DNA of 64,000 nt from Octopus sinensis (GCF_006345805.1 NC_042997.1:201686001-201750000); one strand, 5' to 3'. Positions 1 through 11,735 are shown, counted from the stretch's first letter. The notes: generated from the letters alone by a model not told the origin. Program-made: numbers and translations.

Positions 1-127
1 CTGTTTTATTCACAGACGCACACACACACATCCATATATATATATCTATATTATATATATCTATATATATATATATGTATATATATAATATATATATATA
101 TATACATATATATACATATATATATAT

Positions 128-349
128 ATTTCTTTACTACCCACAAGGGGCTAAACACCAGGGGACAAACAAGGACAGACAATTAAGTCAATTACATCAA
201 CCCCAGTGCGTAAGTGGTCCTTAATTTATCGACCCCGAAAGGATGAAAGGCAAAGTCTACCTCGGTGGAATTTGAACTCAGAACATAACGGCAGACGAAA
301 TACGGCTACGCATTTCGCCCAGCGTGCTAACGTTTCTGCCAGCTCGCCA
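128..349 (-). mobile_element. tRNA-derived SINE, family A (monomer)
   Basis: Reverse complement reads GGCGAGCTGGCAGAAACGTTAGC...GAGTTCAAATTCC (box B-like)...GCCTTTCATCCTTTCGGGGTCGATAAATTAAG...AAAGAAA tail; more than 20 copies in the window. Confidence 0.85.
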
Positions 350-354
350 TCTTC

Positions 355-418
<64 letters not shown>

Positions 419-450
419 TGTGTGTGTGTGTGTGTGTATACACACATATA

Positions 451-710
451 GAAGCCCGTCGTATATATGTATATATATGTATGTGTATGTGTGTGTATAT
501 GTTTGTGTGTCTGTGTTTGTCCCCCCTCCCCAACATCGCTTGACAACCGATGCTGGGGTGTTTACGTCCCCGTAACTGAGCGGTTCGGCAAAAAAGACCG
601 ATAGAATAAGTACTAGGCTTCCAAAGAATAAGTCCTGGGGTCGATTTGCTAGACTAAAAGCGATGCTCCAGCATGACCGCAGTCAAATGAGTGAAACAAG
701 TAAAAGAGCG
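451..710 (+). mobile_element. SINE family B, 3' half
   Basis: GAAGCCCGTCG-(TA/TG)n-GTTTGTCCCCC...GCTCCAGCATGACCGCAGTCAAATG...GTAAAAGAG, matching the full copy at 46494. Confidence 0.8.
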
Positions 711-759
711 AGAGAGAGAGAGAGAGAGAGAGAGGGGGGAGGGAGAGAGAGAGAGAGTA

Positions 760-2520
760 TGCTGCTACATGTGAAACTCACTGTATACGCTCATTATATC
801 ATTAAGCAATATCATCACGTGGCAAAAAGATGGTCTTTGATGTTTGGTAAGGATATCACAGCGCTTCGTCATTTGACTACATTTAACACGAGATGAGAGT
901 CACCATCTGCTATTAAGTATAGTAAAATGATTCACTATCACCACCACCATCATCATCCTCATCATCATCATCATCATCACCATCATTTAACGTCCATTTC
1001 CCAAGCTGTCATGGGTTGGACGGTTTGACAGGATTAGCTTGACATCCAACAATAGTCATATCTTTTAGGCTGTCTAGTGAACCTATACTGAATCCTGAGA
1101 AATCCATATTAGCTGTAGACATTATTGGCAGGATTTGAAATAACATCTGATAGTGACAGACCTTGTAAAATCACTGTCAAGCTATTTTAAATAGATAGAC
1201 AGACCTAAAGCAGACTTGGAGCAGAGAGAGAGAGAGAGTGAGAGAGAGAGAGAGAGAGAGAGTGAGAGAGAGAGAAAGAGAGACCATGTCATGGATGATG
1301 TTATTTGAAACAATAAGTTTTAGCGGATGCAGACGTTCTGGACAAAGCACGACTTTTCTGGGATGTGGTGACATTGTTATTATTAGCGGGCCATAAACAA
1401 GAGCTGAAAATATTTGGTAACAAGTCTCTGGAGGACACCACAAGTTCATGGCAACGAAGTCTTAAAGAAGAGCCATTACGATATATCTTCTGAAATGATC
1501 CAATATATCAGAAGACAAGAGCTGTGTTGCTGAAATATTTCCCTAGAACCAACACTATCGAAATAGGCCAATATGAAAAGCATCATTCCAGTACTTAAAC
1601 ATAAACTTTCAGAACCTTTGCAAGACTATCTAAACTGTTAACATGACTTCTAAGTGATCAACGCAGGAGTGGCTGTGTGGTAAGTAGCTTGCTAACCAAC
1701 CACATGGTTCCGGGTTCAGTCCCACTGCGTGACATCTTGGGCAAGTGTCTTCTGCTATAGCCCCGGGCCGACCAATGCCTTGTGAGTGGATTTGGTAGAC
1801 GGAAACTGAAAGAATGCTGGTGTGTTTACGTCCCCGTCACTTAGCGGTCCGGCAAAAGATACTGATAGAATAAGCACTAGGCTTACAAAGAATAAGTCCT
1901 AGGGTCGATTTGCTCGACTAAAGGCGGTGCTCCAGCATGGCCGCAGTCAAATGACTGAACAAGTAAAAGAGTAAAAGAGTAAAAGAGTAACGGCATCATA
2001 TTCTTAGAGATCACACGGGGATTCTCCCATCTTTCTCGTAAGCAATTCTAGACGCTCAGCGTGCTGACCATCAAGATATAAACACGAATAACTCTAAGAG
2101 CAAAGGTATTTGAATTCTGGCCTGGAATAACTTCTACTCTAAACGCTACTCTTGATGGTCGCAACCATTTATCATCATACGGCACCATCTCAGTCAAATG
2201 CTCTTTCAACACCATTAATTCCATCGGTTTATTCAATTCAGTTCACTACTACAAAGGCACCAACTTTCTCGTTATTATAGACTGTTATTCAAGCTAACTT
2301 TTTATCGACAGACTATTTAATGGTGCAGATTAATCTACAAATAGCTCCCGAGACATATCTCATTCTTTCGGCATCCTGAGTGAATTACCTTCAGGTGAGT
2401 GCCTTCAGTTAATTGCCACTGGTCTACGCTGGGGGAATTTTGAAGAACCGGAGTTTTCGCAGAGCGTTATCGTCATTCCTTCTCCTTGATTCAGCGAATG
2501 ATCAAGCAAAACAATCGATT
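760..2520 (+). pseudogene. Decayed Ty3/Gypsy LTR-retrotransposon pol (RT-RNaseH-integrase), interrupted by microsatellites and a SINE
   Basis: Manual translation gives KKMVFDVW*GYHS..RHLTTFNTR* (RT, ~820-895), ILNPEK..AGFEITSD (~1085-1155), GHKQELKIFGNKSLED..LKEEPLRY (RNaseH, ~1390-1480), HQDINT..LRAKVFEFWPGIT and YKGTNFLVIIDCYS, SFGILSEL (integrase, 2070-2390); many stops and frameshifts. Confidence 0.75.
1662..1990 (+). mobile_element. SINE family B, internally deleted (lacks the central microsatellite)
   Basis: Head GCAGGAGTGGCTGTGTGGTAAG...GGTTCAGTCCC, then CTTGGGCAAGTG and a (GTAAAAGA)n tail. Confidence 0.85.
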
Positions 2521-2543
2521 AGCTAAATGGTTAACTAGCTGAG

Positions 2544-2587
<44 letters not shown>

Positions 2588-2671
2588 CCAACAACAACAA
2601 CAACAATAATAATAATAATAATAATTAACTAAGTGGCTCACGACTTATTATTATTTTGTGAGCTACTTAGC

Positions 2672-2726
<55 letters not shown>

Positions 2727-2728
<2 letters not shown>

Positions 2729-3032
2729 GTTTGACCTTTGCTTTGTATTTATACAAGTTGGCTCCAAGTCTCGACCGGAGACCTCAAGAGACAACAAGTT
2801 AGAAATTCAAGTTGGTGTTATTCCCAGGGTGTCATATATTTGGTCATGCACATAATATTGGTCATGAGAATGTTTAAGAAAACATAAGAAAATTATGAGT
2901 TTGTTTTAAAATTTGAGATTACATAGGCAGTATATTACGTAGGATATGGGCAGTTCCCATGAGCACTATCTTTTGAATTTCTGCCATTTTGGGGTTTCCT
3001 GGCACCTGAGCTAGGTAGCAATCCGCCCCTTT
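2727..3032 (-). mobile_element. R4/Dong-like (RLE) LINE 3' end, family 1
   Basis: Minus strand reads KGADCYLAQVPGNPKMAEIQKIVLMGTAHILRNILPM* (stop 2919-2921), then a 3' UTR and (TAA)n tail at 2672-2725. Confidence 0.75.
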
Positions 3033-3052
3033 TATTATTATTATTATTGTTG

Positions 3053-3222
3053 TTGAGAAGTACATGGAACAAATAGGATGGAGCACTTGCAAAAAACAGT
3101 ACTGCTTGGAACCGCTCGAATACTCCGGATGGTGCTCGAAAAATAAGGGGTGTTACCTTAGTTCACTGGTAGTGAACAGCTGGCATCATAGTACATCTCC
3201 AGCGTTAGAAGCTGTGCAAAGA
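3053..3222 (+). mobile_element. R4/Dong-like LINE 3' end, family 2
   Basis: EKYMEQIG..EHLQKTVLLGTARILRMVLEK* (stop 3144-3146), short UTR, then a (CAA)n(TAA)n tail. Confidence 0.7.
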
Positions 3223-3244
3223 CAACAACAACAACAACAACAAC

Positions 3245-3311
<67 letters not shown>

Positions 3312-3507
3312 TAACATCCATCCATGAATTTATTTATTTATTAATTTTTAAAAAATATTTTATCTGTAATTTGCGCGTGTAATCTGGGATGCATACAATG
3401 CCCTTCTCTGCCCTAGGTGTATGGAAAACACTCGGCGAGAAACGGAAGAAATTTGAAGAAGAATGAAAAACATAATAATAATAATAATAATATAATAATA
3501 AAATAAA

Positions 3508-4103
3508 AAGAAATATATTCACAGACACGACAGAGTTGGGACCTACATACACTGGAAGCTATGCCAACACTATGGAATAACAATAGAAAAAAGATGGTAT
3601 AAGTACACACCAGAAAAGGTCACAGAAAACGAGAAAGCAACCATACTCTGGGATATGCCAATACACACAGATAGAGAAATTAAGGTCAATAGGCCAGATA
3701 CAGTTGTCAGAGATCATGAAGGAAAAAAATGCTTTCTAATTGATGTGTCAATACCAGCAGATGACAACGTTTCTCTAAAAGGAATGGAGAAACTTTCAAA
3801 ATACAAAGACCTAGAAATAGAGGTTATTCTAATGTGGAATCTAAAAACAGAAACAATTCCTATCATAGTAGGCGCATTAGGCATGATAAAAAATATATTC
3901 AGACAAACACATAACAAAAACACCAGCACTTACAAATATATACAACATACAGAAAATTGCACTACTAGGCACTGCACACACCCTACGCAGAACACTTTCT
4001 ATACAATAACCATCAGAGCATCACAACAAACCACAACACATATCCAAGGCACACAGAGCTGCGCTCGGTAGTGAAGAGAAAGCATGTTATAAAAATAAGA
4101 CTA

Positions 4104-4107
<4 letters not shown>
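3508..4107 (+). mobile_element. 5'-truncated R4/Dong-like LINE, family 3: restriction-like endonuclease domain plus 3' UTR
   Basis: In frame KKYIHRHDRVGTYIHWKLC...ILWDMPIHTDREIKVNRPDTVV...LIDVSIP...EKLSKYKDL...PIIVGALG (RHD and PD-D-K motifs); after a frameshift IQKIALLGTAHTLRRTLSIQ*; (TAA)n on both sides. Confidence 0.9.
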
Positions 4108-4146
<39 letters not shown>

Positions 4147-4676
4147 GAAGTGAAATATAACCAGCATGTGTGTTTATTATTGGCACAATCACCCTCCCAA
4201 GAGACAACAAAATGTGGTTCAACACACGTTTCAACATGAAGAATCTTTCAAAACTAATACAAAAATGAAAATGTGAAATGTCTTTCAAAAAAAAAATTCT
4301 GGAAGCAGCCAAGAAGTGGAAAAAAAAATTAAATCACAACAATCTGGGTTGATTACATCAGTCAAACAATCAGATCACACAGCAGGCTTCTGTCCAGTAT
4401 GCCACTCTCATAGATTACTGTATATCATGAAAGAAATATCATTTTATTAATGTTTATCTCCAAGAGTCTCATAAACTGGCGGGAGGTAGAGAATATTCTA
4501 GTTATATACTATTAACGTTATATGTTGGAAAAGCGTTATTTATGTTATTTTTATCCATATATTGTGTTTATTTAATAAGAGTGGACAACTTGTTTGATAA
4601 GAAAGCCACATATTTGTTTTTAACGTTCAAGAACTACAACATTTGATTTTTTGAAAATTAGATTTATAGATAAATA

Positions 4677-4835
4677 GGCACAGGCGTAGCTGTGTGGTAA
4701 GAAGACTAATTCCCAACCACGTTGTTTCGCGTTCTGTCCCACTGCATGATAGCTCGGGCAAGTGATTTCTATTCCAGCCTCGGGCAGACCAAGGCCTTGT
4801 GAGTGGATTTGGTAAACGGAAAGTGAAAGAGACCT
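4677..4835 (+). mobile_element. SINE family B head, diverged
   Basis: GGCACAGGCGTAGCTGTGTGGTAAG...GCCTTGTGAGTGGATTTGGTAAACGGAAA. Confidence 0.7.
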
Positions 4836-4921
4836 GTAGCGGTTGCTAGATAGTTAAATGATCTCCTACATCAACACCTTGTACTGACTACATATTTCCA
4901 CGACAGACCCTTCGTATCTAT

Positions 4922-4953
<32 letters not shown>

Positions 4954-4994
4954 TTGTCTGTCTGCCTGTCTGTCTGTCTGTCTGTCTGTCTGTC

Positions 4995-5654
<660 letters not shown>

Positions 5655-5659
5655 TGAAA

Positions 5660-5976
5660 GTGCGTAGTTTAGTGGTTAGGGTATTCGGATCACAATTGTA
5701 AGTCGTGAGTTCAATACCTGGCGACGCATTGTGTCCTTGAGCAAGACACTTTATTTCTTGTTGCTCCAGTTCACTCAGTTGGCAAAAATGAGTAGCACAT
5801 GAATTTCAAATGGCCAACCTTATCACTTTATGCGTCACGCTGAATCTGTCCGAGAACTGAGTTAAGGGTACACGTGTCTGCGGGTTGCTCAACCACTTGC
5901 ACGTTATTTTCACGAGCAGGCTGTTCTGCAGATCGGATCAACTGGAACCCTCGCCGTCACAACCGACGGAGTGCCA

Positions 5977-5977
<1 letters not shown>
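5660..5977 (+). mobile_element. tRNA-derived SINE family C (head C2, tail T1)
   Basis: TAGTGGTTAGGG box A, GAGTTCAATACC box B, CORE-like TTGTGTCCTTGAGCAAGACACTT, ends CGACGGAGTGCCA. Confidence 0.75.
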
Positions 5978-6039
<62 letters not shown>

Positions 6040-6302
6040 ATATATCTATACATAATTATATATATGGTGTGCGCGTGTGTGGGTATGTTGTATGTATTGT
6101 GGTATGTATGTTTGTATGTATGCATGCATGCAAGCATGTATGTATGTATATGTGTATGTATGTATGTATGTATGTATGTTTATGTATGTATGTATGTATG
6201 TATAGCTACAAACAAGACAGAAAATGTCAGACAGACAGGTCAGTTATTCCTCTCCAATCGTTTGTAAATTCTTAAATATATCTCCTTCCGTATATATATA
6301 TA

Positions 6303-6618
6303 CTACCAAACAAACATGATTTTCATTGAATTCAAAATACTTATTGTATTCCCTTTCTTGAATGTTTTCTTGTAAACTGCTTTTAACATTTTCTTATCAC
6401 TATCAAAGACTGTATAACTGTATTTTAATACTTTTGTGATAACCATTTTTTAATACAACAAAGCTTATACAAAGCTTTATATTTTACTTTTGATAATCCT
6501 TTTTTCTAAAAAAGTGAAACCGGTCAAATCAATAAACATCTCTAAAAGACCTTCGCATTTTCAAACCTTCTTTCTTATATATTTTCACTCGTGCGGTACC
6601 TTACACCTTTACTTTGTT
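6303..6618 (+). mobile_element. Probable Penelope-like pLTR fragment in (TA)n carrying a hammerhead-like motif
   Basis: AT-rich island with (TA)n on both sides; contains GAAACCGGTC then AATAAA. Confidence 0.5.
6486..6529 (+). ncRNA. Minimal type I hammerhead ribozyme variant (degenerate)
   Basis: ACTT-TTGATAA-TC[CTTTTT TCTA AAAAAG]T-GAAA-CCGG-TC-AAAT; palindromic stem III and GUC site, weak stem I. Confidence 0.5.
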
Positions 6619-6642
6619 ATATATATATATATATATATGTGA

Positions 6643-6693
<51 letters not shown>

Positions 6694-6699
6694 CACATA

Positions 6700-7608
6700 C
6701 ACTGGGTGATTGAAGAGTAACTCCCTATTTTAAGATGCTTATAATTTATTTATTAACTACAATTTTTAGAAAAGAAATGAATATATGAAGAAAGCGTATA
6801 GCATGGAGTTTTATTTAAAAATTTATATAGGAACCATCATTCACCACCAGCTTCTCAAGCCACCCGGGAGCTGCATCAACTGATTTCATCAGGAATTCTT
6901 GTGCGATGGGAGACATAGCTTCTCGTATTCTTTCTTCAAGTTCTTCCAAAGTTGTTGGTTTGGTAGAGTAGTCTTGCTAATTTAGCCAACCCTTCCCCCC
7001 CAAAAATAGTCGCAGGGTGTTAAATAAGGGCTGCTGGTCGGCCAATCATGCGGATATCGACGACCCTTCCATCACTCAGGGAAGTGAGCATTCAGCCATT
7101 CATGAACAACAATAGCAAAATCTGGAAGAGCGCCATCTTGCATAAAAATCAAATCTTTAATATTCTTCCAAGAACCGATAACTGGTGAGATTTCATTTTG
7201 CAGCACGGTGAGGTACCTTTCAGCATTCATGGCATTGCAAAGGATGAAAGGACCCACAATCCTGTCCAAAGTCATTCCACACCATACCGTTACCTTGGGC
7301 CAATTCTGCATTTTATCAGAGGTAATACGAGGATCTTCTCCTGCCCAGTGGTGGCAGTTGTGATGGTTCACAAACCCACCGATGTAGAATACTGCTTCAT
7401 CACTCCAGAGAATATTTTCAAAGAGATCAGACCATATTTGTAGGGTTTCTGAAGTTCAAACAAAATAATCGATCTGAAAAAAACAAAACAATATGGAATC
7501 AGTTCCCATACATTAAAGAACAAACACAACTAATTTGAGAACAAAATAATGGTTAATAAATAAAGTATAAGAAATTTAAAATAGAGACTTACTTCTCAAT
7601 GACATATA
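6700..7608 (-). mobile_element. Internally deleted Tc1/mariner DD41D (rosa/VS-type) transposon
   Basis: LWSDEAVF...FMQDGA-41 aa-PCDYFWG catalytic domain with a stop and frameshift; imperfect ~55-bp TIRs (6706-6758 vs 7552-7602); TA on the left; N-terminal HTH missing. Confidence 0.85.
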
Positions 7609-7614
7609 TATGTG

Positions 7615-7646
<32 letters not shown>

Positions 7647-7648
<2 letters not shown>

Positions 7649-7753
7649 TTGAAATTTATGGAAAAACAAAAGACGAAGATAGGTGTATGAACAACAAGTA
7701 GGTATATTAGTTTGCCGCTCAGGAAAATGAAAAAGTCTTTTACGTTTCGAGTC
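7647..7753 (-). mobile_element. PLE-like pLTR 3' fragment (same family as 29590-29760) with the 3' half of a hammerhead
   Basis: Reverse complement GACTC-GAAA-CGTA-AAAGA...CCTGAGCGGCAAACTAATATACC...TTCATACACCT matches 29653-29757. Confidence 0.6.
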
Positions 7754-7758
7754 TATAT

Positions 7759-7793
<35 letters not shown>

Positions 7794-7827
7794 ACACCAC
7801 ACACACACACACGCACACACACACACG

Positions 7828-7865
<38 letters not shown>

Positions 7866-7868
<3 letters not shown>

Positions 7869-8087
7869 TTCTTTATTGCCCACAAGGGGCTAAACATAGA
7901 AAGAACAAAAAAGGACAGACAAACGGATTAAGTCGATTACTTCGACTCCAGTGCGAAACTGGTACTTTTATTTATCGACCCCGAAAGGATGAAAGGCAAA
8001 GTCGACCTCGACGGAATTTGAACTCAGAACGTAACGACAGACGAAATACCGCTAAGCATTCCGCCCGGCGCGCTAACGTGTCTGCCA
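7866..8087 (-). mobile_element. SINE family A
   Basis: Matches the family A consensus. Confidence 0.85.
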
Positions 8088-8108
8088 CATCATCATCCTC
8101 ATCATCGG

Positions 8109-8139
<31 letters not shown>

Positions 8140-8288
8140 GTCATCGTCGTCGTCATCGTCGTCATCGTCGTCGTCGTCGTCGTCGTCATCATCATCATCA
8201 TCATCATCATCATCGTCATCGTCATCGTCATCGTCGTCGTCATCGTCGTCATCGTCGTTCGTCGTCGTCATCATCATCATCATCATCA

Positions 8289-8320
<32 letters not shown>

Positions 8321-8467
8321 GTCGTCATCGTCGTCATCGTCCGTCGTCGTCGTCGTCCGTCATCATCATCATCATCATCATCATCATCGTCATCGTCATC
8401 GTCATCGTCGTCGTCATCGTCGTCATCGTCGTCGTCGTCGTCGTCGTCATCATCATCATCATCATCA

Positions 8468-8499
<32 letters not shown>

Positions 8500-8509
8500 G
8501 TCGTCATCG

Positions 8510-8541
<32 letters not shown>

Positions 8542-8605
8542 ATCATCATCATCATCATCATCATCATCGTCATCGTCATCGTCATCGTCGTCGTCATCGT
8601 CGACA

Positions 8606-8639
<34 letters not shown>

Positions 8640-8640
8640 C
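8085..8640. repeat. Compound (TCA/TCG)n trinucleotide array with higher-order periodicity
   Basis: Recurrent blocks of (TCA)n(TCGTCA)n(TCG)n; explains the poly-S/D/T/M ORFs. Confidence 0.9.
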
Positions 8641-8961
8641 ATCATTGGTGCTTGCATATCTCTGGTGAAATTTGTTGAGGCAGCTTTTCTATGGCTGGAT
8701 ACTCTTCGTGTCACCAGCATTTAATTGTTTCCAAGCAAGTTAATGTTTCCCCATGACCAGACATATTTTCACGGAAGACAGAAAAATCAATCACACTGCT
8801 AGTACGTTAGTGATTCGATTTTACGGCTACAGCCTGGTGTCAAAGGAAGGCGACACAGACACAAGCGAATGTACATTTACACACACATCTACATACACTT
8901 TATTGAATAAATTTACTCTTTACTATTTCAAGACATTTTTATGTAACTTTACTCTCTTACT

Positions 8962-9293
8962 CTTTTGCTCTTTTGCTCTTTTACTTGCTTCAGTAATTTG
9001 CCTGCGGCCATGCTGGTGCACCGCCTTTGGTCGAGCAAATCGACCCCGGGACTTATTCTTTGTAAGCCCAGTACTTATTCTATCGGTCTCTTTTGCCGAA
9101 CCGCTAAGTGACGGGGACGTAAACACACCAGCACCGCTTGTCAAGCAATGCTAGAGGGACAAACACAGATACACAAACATATACACACACATACTTATAT
9201 ATATATATATACATATATACGACAGGCTTCTTTCAGTTTCTGTCTACCAAATCCACTCACAAGGCTTTGGTCGGCCCGAGGCTATAGTAGAAG
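8962..9293 (-). mobile_element. SINE family B, 5'-truncated
   Basis: Runs from the tail to ...GGCTATAGTAGAAG; flanked by a 65-bp direct repeat. Confidence 0.85.
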
Positions 9294-9364
9294 ACTTTAT
9301 TGAATAAATTTACACTTTACTATTTCAAGATATTTTTATGTAATTTTACTCTCTTACTTTATTA

Positions 9365-9574
9365 CACCTTTACTTGTTTCAGTAATTTAACTGCGGCCAT
9401 GCTGGAGCACCGCATTCAGTCGAGCAAATCGCCCCCAGGACATTCTTGTAAGCCTAGTACTTATTCTATCGGTCTCTTTTGCCGAACCGCTAGTTTACAG
9501 GGACGTAAACACACCAGCATCGGTTGTCAAGCGTTGTTGGGGGGACAAACACAGACACACAAACATATACACAG

Positions 9575-9624
<50 letters not shown>

Positions 9625-9762
9625 GACTGGCTTCTTTCCGTTTCCGTCTACCAAATCCACTCACAAAGCTTTGGTCGGCCCGAGGCTATAGTAGAAGACA
9701 CTTGCCCAAGGTGCCACGCAATGACTGAACCCGGAACCATGTGGTTCGTAAGCAAGCTACTT
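9365..9762 (-). mobile_element. SINE family B
   Basis: Near full-length copy. Confidence 0.85.
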
Positions 9763-10239
9763 GGTAAATATATCTGTTAAAATGAGATATCAGTGTTATT
9801 TTCATTTTTGCGTAATTTAGACAATAATTTATTCACCGCACTCTGTATGTGTGTTTGTGTGTGTGTGTGTGTCTGTCTGTCTGTCTGTCTGTCTGTGTGT
9901 GTGTGTCTGTGTGTGTATGTGTGTGTGTGTGGTGTGTGTGTGTGCATGCGTGTGTGCTGTTTCCGTTCCCCGTAATCTAGCGGTTCGCATAAGTCATCGA
10001 CAGAGTAAGTATCAACATTAAAAATGAAAGAAAATTGTTGGGGTCGATTCATTTGACTAAAAATTCTTCAAAGCGCTGCCCCAGCATGACCACATTCTAA
10101 TGACTGAAACAAGTAAAAGATAAAAGATATAGTTGGGCTCACCAAAGTATATTGATTAGTCTCCGCTAATCGAACACTTTTATTGAGCTTCCATTGTATT
10201 GCGGTATTTTAAAATCCAGATGATAAGATGTTAAAACTG

Positions 10240-10640
10240 ATTTAGAAGAAGAAAGGCAAACATCACTAAAGCCCAATATTAACAGACGAGATACAGATCG
10301 TAAATTTGAGAATCATAGCTGTGCCACGGCTGTTATGTAGGGTTATGGCACCAATCTGTCTTTTATTCACAGATTAACGACAGTCGTCAATTGTTCATAG
10401 AATAAATATATTTTGCAGACTGTCAGAGCGTATTAAGAAAGCATTTCTTTGTTGATTTCCATAAAGAAGAGCCCGTGTTCTTGTCAGATTCTTTAGTCTG
10501 GCGAAGTGGCTTTGACTGAGGAGACACAAAATTTAGGTCGAAACACAATGGTGTCTCAACGTCCTCTTATATCGGTCAATCGCATGTGTTATGGACACAC
10601 ATCGTCAAAGAGAAGGAGGTGTTCTTCGATGAAGAAGAAC
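10240..10640 (+). mobile_element. Penelope-like element 3' end/pLTR remnant
   Basis: LEEERQTSLKPNINRRD resembles the GIY-YIG C-terminal P-x-LN motif; a hammerhead follows ~220 bp downstream. Confidence 0.5.
10512..10559 (+). ncRNA. Type I hammerhead ribozyme
   Basis: TTGA-CTGAGGA-GAC(ACAAAATTTAG)GTC-GAAA-CAC(AATG)GTG-TC-TCAA; all three stems pair, canonical core, GUC cleavage after 10555. Confidence 0.8.
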
Positions 10641-10649
10641 AACAGCGAT

Positions 10650-10850
10650 GTGGAGGCGCAATGGCCCAGTGGTTAGGGCAGCGGACTTGCGATCGTAAGT
10701 ACGCGGTTTCGATTCCCAGACCAGGCATTGTGAGTGTTTATTGAGCAAAAACACCTAAGCTCCACCAGGCTCCAGCGGGGTGTGATGGTGAACCCCGCTG
10801 TACTCTTTCCCCGCAACTTTCTCTCACTCTTTCTTCCTACTTCTGCCACC
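10650..10850 (+). mobile_element. SINE family C 5' part (head C1)
   Basis: GTGGAGGCGCAATGGCCCAGTGGTTAGGGCAGCGGAC...GGTTTCGATTCCCAGACC. Confidence 0.8.
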
Positions 10851-10992
10851 AAGCAGAGGAACCATGGTGTAACCCACTATGGTGTGGTAAGCTTTCAGAC
10901 CCTAGTCTAGATTGCGAATCCTCTGTACTCCAGGATGCTTCAGCTCTCCACCCATTAAAAACCACCGTTTACAAAATGAGGATAACAACGTA

Positions 10993-11257
10993 GCTGGCAC
11001 TCCGTCGGTTACGACGACGAGAGTTCCAGTTGATCCGATCAACGGAACAGCCGGGAGCATACCGCAAACGCACATAATCCCAAACGTAGGTCAGCAGAAT
11101 GTGACAAGACTGGTCCTTTGGATTAAGGTGGAACTCAGTCTTGCCAGCTGAGTGAATAAAGTGTCTTGCTCAAGGACACAATGCGCAGCCAGGAATCGAA
11201 CTCACGACCTTGCGATTGTAAATGGAATGCCCTAGCCACTATGCCACGCGCCTTCAC
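10993..11257 (-). mobile_element. SINE family C (head C2, tail T1), diverged
   Basis: GGCACTCCGTCGGTTACGACG tail and AAAGTGTCTTGCTCAAGGACACAA CORE-like block, both as reverse complements. Confidence 0.7.
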
Positions 11258-11351
11258 TATGTTCAGACCTAAGAGAGCAAAGGACAACCGACAACAGCGA
11301 GACGACTAGATATAAAAGATCCACAGATAACAAGCCTATCAAAGATATATT

Positions 11352-11735
11352 TATTTCTTTATTGCCCACAAGGAGCTAAACATAGAGGGACAGACAAAGG
11401 GATTAAGTCGATAACATCGACCCCAGTGTGTAACTGTAACTTATCGACCCTGAAAGGATGAAAGGCAAAGTCGACTTCAGAACGTAACGGCAGACGAAAT
11501 ACCTGTTTCATTACTACCCACGAGGGGCTAAACATAGAGGGGACAAACAAGGACAGACAAACGGATTAAGTCGATTACATCGACCCCAGTGCGTAACTGG
11601 TACTTAATTTATCGACCCCGAAAGGATGAAAGGCGAAGTCGACCTCGGCGGAATTTGAACTCAGAACGTAACGGCAGACGAAATACGGCTACGAATTTCG
11701 CCCGACTGCTAACGTTTCTGCCAGTTCGTCGCCTT
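11352..11735 (-). mobile_element. SINE family A dimer with 17-bp TSD
   Basis: TSD CCTATCAAA(G/A)ATATATT at 11335-11351 and 11736-11752. Confidence 0.85.

Noticed and set aside
4150-4420. Possible continuation of the Gypsy integrase C-terminus
   Set aside because: The position is plausible but the motifs are too eroded to support.
7712-8668. Longest ORF (318 aa)
   Set aside because: It reads through (CA)n, a SINE A and the (TCA/TCG)n array.
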